From Caldisericales bacterium (GTDB lineage: Bacteria > Caldisericota > Caldisericia > Caldisericales > Caldisericaceae): a stretch of DNA of 64,000 bases. Positions 50,064 to 60,468 of the stretch are shown here, piece by piece (the first letter of the stretch is position 1; every line of letters begins with the position of its first letter). The DNA lies in the NCBI GenBank assembly GCA_015489815.1, contig WFZA01000049.1, positions 59,554-123,553 on the forward strand, written 5' to 3'. The notes beneath the pieces are model-generated. The model was not told the DNA's origin. It saw nothing but the letters and a program-made list of their open reading frames with translations, and made no database searches. Made by a program: the position numbers and the translations under genes.

Positions 50064-51239
50064 TTAAACTTCTCGTTTTTTTGCCTCTTTCCAGAGGTTA
50101 TCCTTTTCGGACTCGCTCATTTCAGCAAGTTTCCCGTTAGAAGCATCTTTTACAAACCCAAAACGCTTTCTGAACTTATCAATGGATAAGAATAATGCAT
50201 GCGCAGGATCTATCCGTAAAAAGCGCGCGAGGTTGATAACGGAAAAAAGCAAGTCACCCAGTTCCTCAGAAACACTTTCGTTACTTTTAAGCGCCGCTTT
50301 AAGCTCCTCTGTTTCTTCAGAAATCTTGTCAAAAATCTGGTTGACACTGGTAAAGTCGAAACCTGCCTTGCGCGCTTCCTCCTGTTCGTCAAATGCAACG
50401 ATAAGTGCGGCAAGCACCTTTGCTATGTCTACAGTCCTTTCTTTCTTTTCTTTCCTCTTTATGTTCTCCCACTGGTCAAGAACAGCCCTACTATCCTTTA
50501 TGCTCGTTTTACCAAAAACATGCGGATGCCTTCTATACATCTTTGCAAATATGCTGCTTGTAACATCTTTTATACTAAATTTGCCTTCCTGTTCTGCAAT
50601 AACAGAGTGCAATACTACCTGAAGCAGGACATCGCCTAACTCTTCCCGCATTCCTTCAAAATCGCCTTTTTTAATTGCTTCTGCTAATTCAAGCGGCTCT
50701 TCTATAAGTTCGGGGATTAACGAGTCGTGAGTTTGTTCCCTGTCCCATGGGCACTGGTGCCTTAAAAGTCTTATCAATTCGTTAAAGTAATAAAATGAGG
50801 AAAGCGTATCATTCAGATAATACAGCACGATATCGTCACTGAAGTTATCCAGAAAACGCAAGTAATCCGCTGGAAGATCCGTATAATTTTCTCCGTAAAC
50901 GACTTTTAACGCTTCCTTCTTTTCGCACCCAGAATAAATTAAATACAGCAAAGCATAAAATGGAGAGCGCAGCACTCCATCTTTACAGTGTATAAGAAAT
51001 GGGAATTTCACTTTTTTCAAAAAAGATGTATAAAATAGAAACTCCCTTACCTCAAAACTATCCAGTTCTACAACAGGAAAGTGCCTGTACTCTATATCGT
51101 CAGGAATAATTTTCCGGTCCAATGGTTCTTTAGTAAGCGAAATAATAGCACGAATTCCCATTTTTCTCATCTTTTCGATGTCAGATTTTGAAGGAAGTCC
51201 GCTTACTGCAACTTCGTTCTCTACGATCCATCTAAACAT
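50064..51239 (-). CDS. Fusion of an N-terminal dual-specificity/PTP-like phosphatase domain and a tandem MazG NTP pyrophosphohydrolase
   Basis: HCKDGVLRS (CX5R PTP signature) within the first 150 aa. This is followed by two MazG EExxE/GDxLF motifs (LIEEPLELAEAI...EELGDVLLQV and SEETEELKAAL...EELGDLLFSV). Confidence 0.75.
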   Translation of the reverse strand: MFRWIVENEVAVSGLPSKSDIEKMRKMGIRAIISLTKEPLDRKIIPDDIEYRHFPVVELDSFEVREFLFYTSFLKKVKFPFLIHCKDGVLRSPFYALLYLIYSGCEKKEALKVVYGENYTDLPADYLRFLDNFSDDIVLYYLNDTLSSFYYFNELIRLLRHQCPWDREQTHDSLIPELIEEPLELAEAIKKGDFEGMREELGDVLLQVVLHSVIAEQEGKFSIKDVTSSIFAKMYRRHPHVFGKTSIKDSRAVLDQWENIKRKEKKERTVDIAKVLAALIVAFDEQEEARKAGFDFTSVNQIFDKISEETEELKAALKSNESVSEELGDLLFSVINLARFLRIDPAHALFLSIDKFRKRFGFVKDASNGKLAEMSESEKDNLWKEAKKREV

Positions 51240-54200
51240 AGGCTTTCTCCCCGCTTAAAATGTTTAACACAAAGTATATCTGCTGGATTACCTTCTCGTT
51301 ATTTCTTAAAAAAGAAAGGTAATCCTTACCAATTCTTACGGTATTGTCGTTTGACAATAGTTTTTTAAGTCCCTCGGTGGAAATGGAATGATTCTTTTCA
51401 ATCGTAAAAAATATTCTATCGTCTTCCTGAAAAATTTCCTTTACTCCTATGTCTCGCATAATAATTTCACACTTTCCAACATCAAGCAAATTTTTTACCT
51501 CTGTGGGAATCTTTCCGAATCTATCTTCAAATTCGTTTCTTATTCTTTCAATTGTAGAGAAATCCGGCGCAGTCGTTATTTCTCTGTAATACCTCATTCT
51601 TTCCACATTTATTGGAATGTAGTCGGACGGTATAAAGTACTTTTCTGCAACTCTCACGATAGCCTCTTTCCTGACGGGTTTCTTTTCGCCGCGTAGTTCT
51701 GCTACTGCTTCTTCCAGCAAACTTACATACATCCCGTACCCAACGGAAACGATGTGACCGTGCTGCTCTTTTCCGAGCAGGTTTCCTGCACCTCTCAGTT
51801 CGAGATCTTTTATTGCAATTTTAATGCCCGCACCTATCCCGCTAAATTCCTTTATCGTTTCAAGCCGCTCCTCTGAAACAGCCCTCAATCCTTTTTTCGG
51901 AGTAAACAAAAAGTATGCAAATGCTTTTATGTGCGAGCGGCCTATTCTTCCACGAATCTGGTACATCTGTGAAAGCCCAAAATTTTCTGCACTATCCACG
52001 ATCAAAGTGTTTACAGACGGAATGTCAAGGCCGTTTTCTATAATCGTCGTAGAAACGAGCACCTGGGTATCACCTTTGTAAAAAGCAAGCATCGCATCTT
52101 CTAATTGATACTTGTTCATCTTTCCGTGAGCAACGCCGACTTTTACATTATTTCCAAGAGAATACTTAAGCTTTTCGGCAAACGAATAAATATCTTCTAT
52201 TTTGTTGTGAACTACAAACACCTGCCCATTTCTGTTAAGTTCAAACTCGACTGCTTTTTTTACTATATCCCAGCTAAAAGGCATAACAAATGTTTTAACG
52301 GGAATTCTTCCTGGGGGAGGCGTGTTTATGAGAGAAATAGACTTTAAGTTTATCAGTGCAGTGTGGAGTGTTCGTGGTATCGGCGTTGCAGTAAGAGTCA
52401 ATAAGTCAATGTTTGCACGGAGTTCCTTTATTTTTTCTTTGTCTTTAACTCCAAATTTTTGCTCTTCGTCGATAATTAAAAGTCCTAAATCCTTAAACTT
52501 CACATCTTTTGAAAGTAATCTGTGAGTGCCTACGATAATATCGAGCGTTCCGTTTTTAAGTTTTTGAAGAATTTCTTTTTTCCGTTTTGTTTCCGTAAGC
52601 CGTGAGAGCATCGCAACTTCTACGGGAAACAGATGTAAGCGCTCTTTCAAAGTGCGCTCGTGCTGCATAGCAAGTATCGTCGTGGGAACCAAAAATGCGA
52701 CCTGTTTAGCGTTCATCACTGTCCTGAATGCAGCCCTTATTGCAATCTCCGTTTTGCCGTATCCCACATCACCGCAGATCAACCTATCCATAGGGACTGG
52801 TTTTTCCATGTCATTAAGCACATCTCTCAAGGCCGTTTCCTGGTCTTCGGTAAGTTCGTAAGGAAAAGAAAGAGAAAGAACTTTTTCTTCTTCAGGATAA
52901 GGTCTAAAAGAAAAACCCCTTTTAAGTTTCCTTTCTGCTTCTATTCTTAGCAGCTTCCTTGCAAGGAGCCGTGCATTTTCAGCAGCCTTTTTTTTCGTTT
53001 TGTTCCACTCGTCACCGTGCAGCCTGTTCAACGGGACGATTCTTCTATCTCCAATGTAACGCTCAACGGAAGAAATGCGCTCCATTGGCACATACAACTT
53101 TTCTCCGTTACGGTATTCGATGAGCAGATATTCTTTTTTTATACCATTTCGCTCTATCGTTTTTAGCCCTCTGAAAATACCTATGCCAAAATTTTTGTGA
53201 ACCACATAGTCTCCGTCGTTCAACTCCTCAACACTGGATATTTCTTTACTAAAGAGCACTTTACGCTTTGTTTTGTGCAGTTCGTAATGAGGAAAAAGTT
53301 CCTTATCAGTAATTATAATTGCTTTGTCCGTTTCTATGCCCTGCTCCAGATTGCCCCGAAGCAAGTATAACCCTTTTTCGTGCGAATAGTTTAAACGCGG
53401 CGAAAGATCGTACAAAGATAAAAGTTCCTTTACGCGCTCGAATTTTGAGGTAACAATTAAAACACTTTTTTCTTTTAGATAACTAAGTATAAATTCTTTC
53501 AAAGACGAAAACGCAGAGAAATTCTCCATCACCTGAGTGATATCTAAGTCTATTACCTCATTTGAAGTATTCACTTTTTCAAGATAAATACTCTTTTTAT
53601 CAGGTAAAACAGACAAACCCTTTTCTACTCTTTCAAAGCCTATGTCGAGAATTTCGTCTGCTTCAAGGCTTTTTCTGTAAACTTCACGAGTTTCTTCCAG
53701 AAATTCGTCAAACTTTATGTCACCAAAAAATACTTTCCTGAAGTCCGTAGTTAAATCAATAAGCGATTCGTAACCAAGTATGCCCTTATCAAGAAAAGCT
53801 GAATAATACGAAATACCGTTATTTTCTCCACTTTCAAGATTTTTAACATCTGCCTGCAACACATCCATAAGGTATTCGTCTTTACCTTTCGAAAGAGTAC
53901 GAATTTTGTCCTTTACGATACTTAAATCTTTTTCACGGCCTGCAAAAAAGAAAACGGGGAATAGTTCCACCTTATCAACTCTGCTTAAAGAAAGCCTGCT
54001 TTCAATTGAAAAAGTTTTTATGTCGCTTATCTCGTCGTATTCAAAGTCTATCCTTAAAGGATTTTGAAGAGCAGCAGGATAAACATCCAGCACATCTCCT
54101 TTTACTGAGAATTCTCCTCTTCCTTCAATTTCTTTCACTCTTTTATACCCAAACGATACGAGCATTTTCACGAGGTGTGATTGCTTTAGATTTTCTTCTC

Positions 54201-54588
54201 TAAACAGTTGAATTTTTTTCACATCGTCACGCAAAATTGCAGGATCAAAGGCACCTTTAAGTGTAGTTAACACTATTTTCTTATCCGCTTTATAGAACTC
54301 GTCAAAAAACTTAAACTTCCTTTCAACCTGCTCCCTCTCAACGAGACTATTTTCCAGTGGAAATACGCCAAGCTCCGGGTTTACAATAACTTTATCGAGT
54401 GCATTACTCACCGTAGATAATTGTTTTTCGGAGTTTACAACTATTAAAATGTTCTCGTCGTTTAATTGATTCACGAGTGCAATAAGCACTGCAATGTAAG
54501 GAGTATTGAGATGGACATCTCCTTCTAATATCGCCTGGAGTACTTTTTGCCTGCCAGCAAAAAGATCGTTAAAGCGGATATTTAGCAT
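51232..54588 (-). CDS. mfd: Transcription-repair coupling factor
   Basis: 1118 aa with a UvrB-homology N-terminus, an RNAP-interaction domain, an SF2 translocase core (LICGDVGYGKTEIAIRA, DEEQKFG) and a TRG motif. Confidence 0.95.
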   Translation of the reverse strand: MLNIRFNDLFAGRQKVLQAILEGDVHLNTPYIAVLIALVNQLNDENILIVVNSEKQLSTVSNALDKVIVNPELGVFPLENSLVEREQVERKFKFFDEFYKADKKIVLTTLKGAFDPAILRDDVKKIQLFREENLKQSHLVKMLVSFGYKRVKEIEGRGEFSVKGDVLDVYPAALQNPLRIDFEYDEISDIKTFSIESRLSLSRVDKVELFPVFFFAGREKDLSIVKDKIRTLSKGKDEYLMDVLQADVKNLESGENNGISYYSAFLDKGILGYESLIDLTTDFRKVFFGDIKFDEFLEETREVYRKSLEADEILDIGFERVEKGLSVLPDKKSIYLEKVNTSNEVIDLDITQVMENFSAFSSLKEFILSYLKEKSVLIVTSKFERVKELLSLYDLSPRLNYSHEKGLYLLRGNLEQGIETDKAIIITDKELFPHYELHKTKRKVLFSKEISSVEELNDGDYVVHKNFGIGIFRGLKTIERNGIKKEYLLIEYRNGEKLYVPMERISSVERYIGDRRIVPLNRLHGDEWNKTKKKAAENARLLARKLLRIEAERKLKRGFSFRPYPEEEKVLSLSFPYELTEDQETALRDVLNDMEKPVPMDRLICGDVGYGKTEIAIRAAFRTVMNAKQVAFLVPTTILAMQHERTLKERLHLFPVEVAMLSRLTETKRKKEILQKLKNGTLDIIVGTHRLLSKDVKFKDLGLLIIDEEQKFGVKDKEKIKELRANIDLLTLTATPIPRTLHTALINLKSISLINTPPPGRIPVKTFVMPFSWDIVKKAVEFELNRNGQVFVVHNKIEDIYSFAEKLKYSLGNNVKVGVAHGKMNKYQLEDAMLAFYKGDTQVLVSTTIIENGLDIPSVNTLIVDSAENFGLSQMYQIRGRIGRSHIKAFAYFLFTPKKGLRAVSEERLETIKEFSGIGAGIKIAIKDLELRGAGNLLGKEQHGHIVSVGYGMYVSLLEEAVAELRGEKKPVRKEAIVRVAEKYFIPSDYIPINVERMRYYREITTAPDFSTIERIRNEFEDRFGKIPTEVKNLLDVGKCEIIMRDIGVKEIFQEDDRIFFTIEKNHSISTEGLKKLLSNDNTVRIGKDYLSFLRNNEKVIQQIYFVLNILSGEKAYV

Positions 54589-54590
54589 AA

Positions 54591-55181
54591 TTACTTTGCA
54601 GAAGGTGCGTTATAGATAGATTGGGCCTTTTCCACACCCAGAAAGATTACATCTTCAACTGCATCTGCAGCTCTCACCAGAGATTCGTTCACGATGTCAA
54701 CTTCACTCTTTTTAAATGGCGAAAGGACATAGTCAATTACATCTTCCTTGCTCTCAGGACGACCAATGCCTATACGCACTCGTATAAAAGACGGGCCGAT
54801 TAAAGATATTATAGAGCGCAATCCTTTATGCCCTCCGTCGCCTCCGCCCTTTTTAATACGAACAGTGCCAACGGACAAATCAAGGTCGTCGTGAATAACT
54901 ATAATGTGGTCAGTTGGAACTTCAAAAGCATACTGAAGAGGTTTGACAGCCCTTCCTGACAAATTCATGTATGTAAGTGGTTTTGCAAGGACTACGGTTT
55001 CTACTTTGCCGTCTCTCTTTACTACACCCTTATTATAAAACGATTGATACTTAATTTTCTTAGGAATGATTTTCCACCTATTTGCAAGTATGTCCACCAC
55101 CATAAAACCTGCGTTATGGCGTGTGTTTGCATACTCGTCACCTACATTACCCAATCCCACTATAAGAAACATTTTTATCAC
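54591..55181 (-). CDS. pth: Peptidyl-tRNA hydrolase
   Basis: FLIVGLGNVGDEYANTRHNAGF... is a canonical Pth N-terminus. Confidence 0.9.
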   Translation of the reverse strand: MIKMFLIVGLGNVGDEYANTRHNAGFMVVDILANRWKIIPKKIKYQSFYNKGVVKRDGKVETVVLAKPLTYMNLSGRAVKPLQYAFEVPTDHIIVIHDDLDLSVGTVRIKKGGGDGGHKGLRSIISLIGPSFIRVRIGIGRPESKEDVIDYVLSPFKKSEVDIVNESLVRAADAVEDVIFLGVEKAQSIYNAPSAK

Positions 55182-55266
55182 CGCGTATATTCTACAAATT
55201 TAATGCTTTATTGCAAGAAAGTAAAATAAGTATAAAATGAATAAAGCAAAAATTTGGAGGTGAGTT

Positions 55267-56205
55267 ATGGGATCTTTAATTCTTTGGACACTATTGTTAA
55301 TTGTCGTACTGGTCATCGCATCTAAAAGTGTTATTATCGTAAAACAGGCAACGGCTGCAATAGTAGAGCGTTTGGGACAATATTCGCGTAAGCTTGGGCC
55401 CGGACTTCATGTATTGGTTCCTTTTATAGAATCAGTAAGAAAAGTAGTAGACTTAAGAGAACAGGTGTGGGATTACCCATCACAAGAAATTATTACAAAG
55501 GATAATGTGGTGGTGAAAATAGACAATGTTATGTATTACATGATAACCGATCCCGTAAAGGCAACATACGAGGTTCAAAATGTAGACCAGGCAATATTAA
55601 AACTCTCACAAACGGCAATTCGTAACATCTGTGGAAATTTAACACTTGACGAACTTCTCACCTCCCGTGAACGAGTGAACGAAGTATTAAGGCAGGATCT
55701 CGACAAAGCAACAGACCCATGGGGAGTAAAAGTAACACGCGTAGAACTAAAGGCCATTAACCCTCCACCAGAAATTCAGGAAGCAATGACAAAGCAGATG
55801 AAGGCAGAGAGAGATAAGCGCGCAATGGTGCTTGAAGCAGAAGGAGTAAAGCAATCTGCTATACTTAAAGCAGAGGGAGAGAAACAATCGGCAATTTTAA
55901 AAGCAGAGGGCAAAAAGCAATCCCAGATTCTTGAAGCAGAAGGAGAAGCACAGGCAATCGTAACCGTTGCAAAAGCAAAGGCCGACGCAGCCGAAGCATA
56001 CTTCACCGGGATACACAAAGGAAACCCAACAAAAGATGTAATTGCAATACAATATATGGACACATTAAACAAAATTGCAAACGGTAAAGCAACAAAAGTT
56101 TTCCTGCCGTATGAATCATCCGCACTGCTTGGTTCTCTCGGAGCAATAAAAGAAATATTTAACAACGGAGGAGCCACTCAAAAGACAGATGAGAAGAAGA
56201 AATAA
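55267..56205 (+). CDS. SPFH/band-7 (stomatin/HflC-like) membrane protein
   Basis: N-terminal TM, an SPFH core and a C-terminal heptad Ala/Glu-rich region (KAEGEKQSAILKAEG...). Confidence 0.85.
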   Translation: MGSLILWTLLLIVVLVIASKSVIIVKQATAAIVERLGQYSRKLGPGLHVLVPFIESVRKVVDLREQVWDYPSQEIITKDNVVVKIDNVMYYMITDPVKATYEVQNVDQAILKLSQTAIRNICGNLTLDELLTSRERVNEVLRQDLDKATDPWGVKVTRVELKAINPPPEIQEAMTKQMKAERDKRAMVLEAEGVKQSAILKAEGEKQSAILKAEGKKQSQILEAEGEAQAIVTVAKAKADAAEAYFTGIHKGNPTKDVIAIQYMDTLNKIANGKATKVFLPYESSALLGSLGAIKEIFNNGGATQKTDEKKK

Positions 56206-57475
56206 CGCACTGCAAGTAGTCGCTGCCACTTTATTCATACTCGTTTTAATTGCAGGAATGTATGCATGGGTAATGTATAAAAAAAACACGGCCCCTAAAA
56301 GTGAATCCGTTATCGTTTATTACTACGAACCAATTTCAATGGAACTTATACCTCAAAAGGTTAGAGCAGAGCTACCTGAAAATCCGGCATTAAAAGTAGA
56401 GAAGGTTGTAAACCTGCTAAAAACTCCCAGGGCATCTTCTGGCTTATTTCCTGTATTAAACAAAGATGCTACTGTAAATTCCGTAAGATTCAATAACGGT
56501 ATTTGCACGGTAGACCTAAACGAGAAATCAACGGAGATTAAACCTCTTACCGTCCGAATGGAAGCAATCACTGTATACGGACTGGTCAATACTCTAACTA
56601 AAATTAACGGTATAACTGCAGTGCAAATAACGATTGACGGAAGAAAACAAAAGTACTTCAACCACTACATAGAAGTTGACGAACCCTTAACCCACCTGTC
56701 AACTGCCCTTCCCACGGGGAAAACAGTCGCCTTATACTTTGCAACACCCGACTTTAGTCATCTTTCAGTAGAAGAAAGGGAAGTCGTAAGCACCCAGAAT
56801 CCCGTAATACTGGGAAAGGAAATATTAAGAGAACTATTCTACGGCTCTATGGACGGACTTTCCTCGACTTTTCCAAAAGATACTAAGTTAAACGATTTTT
56901 ATATAAAATCGGGAGGAATAGGAGTAGTTGACATCAGTTCCTCAATCTTGAAGCATCCACTTGGCTCAGGTGGCGAACAACTCCGCGTAATGTCACTGGT
57001 AAATACACTAACAGACTTACCTGACATAAGTGCAGTTAAAATCCTTATAGACGGAAAACCCATAAATACGCTTTACGGGAGTGTAGATACATCTAATCCG
57101 ATCCCACGCTTTTTAGGCATAACGCAGGATAACGATGTGGTAATACCTTACTATACCCTAAGAATAGGAGGCAAAACTTTCTTCTGCCCGTTCGTTAAAA
57201 CTATTAAAGGCAAAGATAGAATAACTAAACTGTTCAATCTACTAAAAGTGCCAGATAACGGCTTTGGAACATACATTTCTGCAAATACAAAACTTTCGTC
57301 GTTCTCACAGAATAAAAACAGTAGAATACTTACGCTTAACATTACGACGGGCAATACATCCGAGAAAGATGCGGAGAATATTGCAAAAGAACTCGTTTTG
57401 TCTTATAAAGAATTCCCCGATATAAACGAAGTAAAAGTAAAAATAAATGGAGTGCTGATAAATGTTTTTCAATAG
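56189..57475 (+). CDS. GerMN-domain protein (two GerMN repeats), membrane-anchored
   Basis: TVDLNEKSTEI...GLVNTLTKINGITAVQITIDG and a second VDISSSI...SLVNTLTDLPDISAVKILIDG. Confidence 0.7.
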   Translation: MRRRNNALQVVAATLFILVLIAGMYAWVMYKKNTAPKSESVIVYYYEPISMELIPQKVRAELPENPALKVEKVVNLLKTPRASSGLFPVLNKDATVNSVRFNNGICTVDLNEKSTEIKPLTVRMEAITVYGLVNTLTKINGITAVQITIDGRKQKYFNHYIEVDEPLTHLSTALPTGKTVALYFATPDFSHLSVEEREVVSTQNPVILGKEILRELFYGSMDGLSSTFPKDTKLNDFYIKSGGIGVVDISSSILKHPLGSGGEQLRVMSLVNTLTDLPDISAVKILIDGKPINTLYGSVDTSNPIPRFLGITQDNDVVIPYYTLRIGGKTFFCPFVKTIKGKDRITKLFNLLKVPDNGFGTYISANTKLSSFSQNKNSRILTLNITTGNTSEKDAENIAKELVLSYKEFPDINEVKVKINGVLINVFQ

Positions 57476-58952
57476 AAAAAAACAGGAAAGAATTACATAC
57501 ACGGCAAAATTTGTTTACACGAATAAAACATTTAAAGAAAACTACAGCATATATACAGAAAACGGAAAAATTATAGAAACTGGAAACAGAGAAGCAATAA
57601 AAGAACAGTTTCCTTTTACTAAGGAAGTTAAACTGGACGGAATACTGTACCCAGGATTTATAGATAGCCACATACACCTTAATGAACTTGCACTGTCTCT
57701 GCATTCTTATAGTGGAGAAACATTAAAGACATTTAACGATCTTAAAAATTTCGTTATTGAACATTCTAAAAGCGATACAATATACATCCAGAATTTCGAC
57801 TTCAACTTACTTACGAAGGAAGATTGGCAGAAATTATTCGAGATTCCGATACCGATATTTATCCAGAGTATTGACGAGCACTCCGTTTTTGTTAACAACG
57901 CAGCCATAAAAGAGCATAAAGTAGAAGTAAAAGAATACGAAGGCGGGGAAGTTGTTAAACAGAACGGTAAATTTATTGGTATTTTAAAGGACAATGCAAT
58001 CCTCAATGTAAGCACGATTAAAAACAGACGCACATCAAAGGAAGAGATTAAAAAAACCATGTCGTATCTTCACTCAATGGGAATCGTCGGTATTACAAAC
58101 TTTGATTATTTAATATACGACACACTACTCGAAATGGAAAAAGAAAAAGCATTGAACTTACACATCTTTCAGGGAATCCCCTGTGATAAAGCAAGCGATT
58201 TAATCAAAAATAAAATAACCACAGGCTCGGGAAGTAACTACCTCCAAATCGGCCCATTAAAGTGTTTTATCGACGGTTCACTTGGCTCTCAAACGCTTTT
58301 AATGAAAGAGCCACAATACGAAAGTAAATTTCACGGACTACAGACGATAAACGAAAGTGAACTGGAGTACATCGTAAAAGTAGCAAATGAAAGTAGACTG
58401 CAAGTAGCAACCCACGCAATAGGGAGTAAAGCAGTACACATCGCACTCAAAGTTTTTCAAAAAGTTGGAAAAAGTAACATGAGAAACCGAATAGAGCACT
58501 TTCAATTCCTCAGTAAAGACGACGAAACACTCGCAAAAGAAACGGAATTTATTGCCTCTATGCAGCCAGCCCATTTTAATGCCGATAAAAAACTGTTTGA
58601 AAAATACTTTGATAACGGTTACCAGCACGCTTACGACTGGAAGTTCCTTTTTGAAAGCGGGAAAATCGTTGCTTTTGGATCGGATGCGCCTGTGGTTTCA
58701 CCATCCGTATTTAAGGAAATGGATAGTGCAATAAACCGATACAAAGAGAAGACATCGGCAACATCTGTTATAAGGGCGTACACGGAAGATGGGGCAAGGG
58801 CAAACTTTTACGAACGAAGTGGAGGGAGAATCGTAAGAAATATGAATGCCGACTTTGTTCTATTAGACAAACCAATTAAAAAATACACCAACTTTTCAAC
58901 GATAAGTGTAATTTCTACAATAATAGGGGGGAAGCTCGTATGGACGAAGTAG
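57462..58952 (+). CDS. Amidohydrolase-family metal-dependent hydrolase
   Basis: GFIDSHIHL, ...ATHAIGS..., GSDAPV. Confidence 0.75.
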   Translation: MFFNRKKQERITYTAKFVYTNKTFKENYSIYTENGKIIETGNREAIKEQFPFTKEVKLDGILYPGFIDSHIHLNELALSLHSYSGETLKTFNDLKNFVIEHSKSDTIYIQNFDFNLLTKEDWQKLFEIPIPIFIQSIDEHSVFVNNAAIKEHKVEVKEYEGGEVVKQNGKFIGILKDNAILNVSTIKNRRTSKEEIKKTMSYLHSMGIVGITNFDYLIYDTLLEMEKEKALNLHIFQGIPCDKASDLIKNKITTGSGSNYLQIGPLKCFIDGSLGSQTLLMKEPQYESKFHGLQTINESELEYIVKVANESRLQVATHAIGSKAVHIALKVFQKVGKSNMRNRIEHFQFLSKDDETLAKETEFIASMQPAHFNADKKLFEKYFDNGYQHAYDWKFLFESGKIVAFGSDAPVVSPSVFKEMDSAINRYKEKTSATSVIRAYTEDGARANFYERSGGRIVRNMNADFVLLDKPIKKYTNFSTISVISTIIGGKLVWTK

Positions 58953-60457
58953 AAGTAAAATTAATAGGTGCTATCTTAACGGACAAATTCTTATTGATTA
59001 ATGCTATAAAACACGGTCTAAATAAAGACTTATTTAAAGGAAATGAAGCAAAAGCTCTCGTAAACTACATCATCAAAACCTATGCAAAAACGGAAAGAAC
59101 AGTAGACATTGACACATTAATCATATCACTCCAGGAGGAAGGAATATACAACGAAAGAATGAAACTCCTTCTGGAAGAAGCACAAAAAGTAAAACCAATT
59201 TCGCTGGAAACGCTTATAAGTCTTATAGAAATATTAAAAAAACGAAAAGCAGAAAAAGAACTTTTGAAAATTAGCGAAAAGATAAAGAACTACATCGAAA
59301 GTAAGCGAAAAATAGACATTACTGAATTTAGCGGCAACATCATTAACGAAATTAGAAGCATCATTCAAGGACGCGTAAGAAAAACAATTAAACCCGTAAG
59401 GACACAGCTTATAATATTTTCAAGCGAGGTAGCAAACAGGACTGGAACGCAGTCGAACATTCTGGGATACTCGCTAGACCCCTACACGCGATTAACAGAA
59501 TCTCTTTCTGGCGCACGAAGAGGATTTTACTATGCTCTCGCTGGAGCACCAAGGCGAGGAAAAACAAATTTTATGCTAAAACTCGCATCTCACATTGCAA
59601 AAAACGAAAATATTCCGGTGCTTTACTATTCATGGGAACAAACTTCAAGAGTTTTATTCCTCAGGATTTTCTCACAGGAATCTTTGATACCCCCTTATAA
59701 ATTAGAGACTGCTGACATAGCAAACGACCCCGTCCTTGCAGAAAAGTTTAACAGTGGGTATGCAAAAATTGAAGAATACATGAATTACTTGTATCTCATA
59801 GAAGGCGGACGCGAAGACACGGTAAATAAAATACGAAGCCACGCATTCTCCGTAATGCAGGAGAACGAAACCGACAGAGTTGCAATTTTCATAGACTATT
59901 TACAGAAAGTGCCTACGACGATACTATATCAGGACCTCGCACAGCAGGTAGACGAAGTATCCGGCGGACTTGCAAATCTCTCTCTTGAACTAAATTGCCC
60001 TATATTCGCTATATCTTCCTTTGATAAGGAAGGCGTAAAGTTAGACAGCGAAGAAAGCAAAGTACGCCCCACGATGTTTAACTGTACAGGCGGAGGCGAC
60101 ATAGAATACGACTCTGATGTCGCAATGGTAATAGTAAAGGACTTTAAAGATACGCACGCTCTAGAAGAGAAAATTGATAACGCTATAAAAGAAGGCAGAA
60201 TTAATCCAAAGCAGATTCCTCACTTCGAAATATTAAACTTGTACATTGACAAAAATAGAGATGCCCCGTTTGGAGGCAATATTATTATCCAGTATTTATT
60301 CTTAATCGAAGATAACAACCTCGTAGAAATAGGATACAAAAACTTGGAAGAAGAACGGACTTATGCTAAAGTATCAAAGCTGTTTAACTGGATGATGGAA
60401 CAGGGATATCTCCAGAACATGAGAGGAGATACCCCAATAAACGAAGAAGAATATTAA
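58940..60457 (+). CDS. Divergent DnaB-like RecA-fold ATPase (DnaB-N-like domain plus P-loop core)
   Basis: N-terminus VEVKLIGAILTDKFLL resembles the DnaB N-terminal pattern. Walker A GAPRRGKTNFMLKLA; Walker B VAIFIDYLQ. It is far more diverged than a typical replicative DnaB. Confidence 0.55.
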   Translation: MDEVEVKLIGAILTDKFLLINAIKHGLNKDLFKGNEAKALVNYIIKTYAKTERTVDIDTLIISLQEEGIYNERMKLLLEEAQKVKPISLETLISLIEILKKRKAEKELLKISEKIKNYIESKRKIDITEFSGNIINEIRSIIQGRVRKTIKPVRTQLIIFSSEVANRTGTQSNILGYSLDPYTRLTESLSGARRGFYYALAGAPRRGKTNFMLKLASHIAKNENIPVLYYSWEQTSRVLFLRIFSQESLIPPYKLETADIANDPVLAEKFNSGYAKIEEYMNYLYLIEGGREDTVNKIRSHAFSVMQENETDRVAIFIDYLQKVPTTILYQDLAQQVDEVSGGLANLSLELNCPIFAISSFDKEGVKLDSEESKVRPTMFNCTGGGDIEYDSDVAMVIVKDFKDTHALEEKIDNAIKEGRINPKQIPHFEILNLYIDKNRDAPFGGNIIIQYLFLIEDNNLVEIGYKNLEEERTYAKVSKLFNWMMEQGYLQNMRGDTPINEEEY

Positions 60458-60468
60458 GGAGGTGAAGT

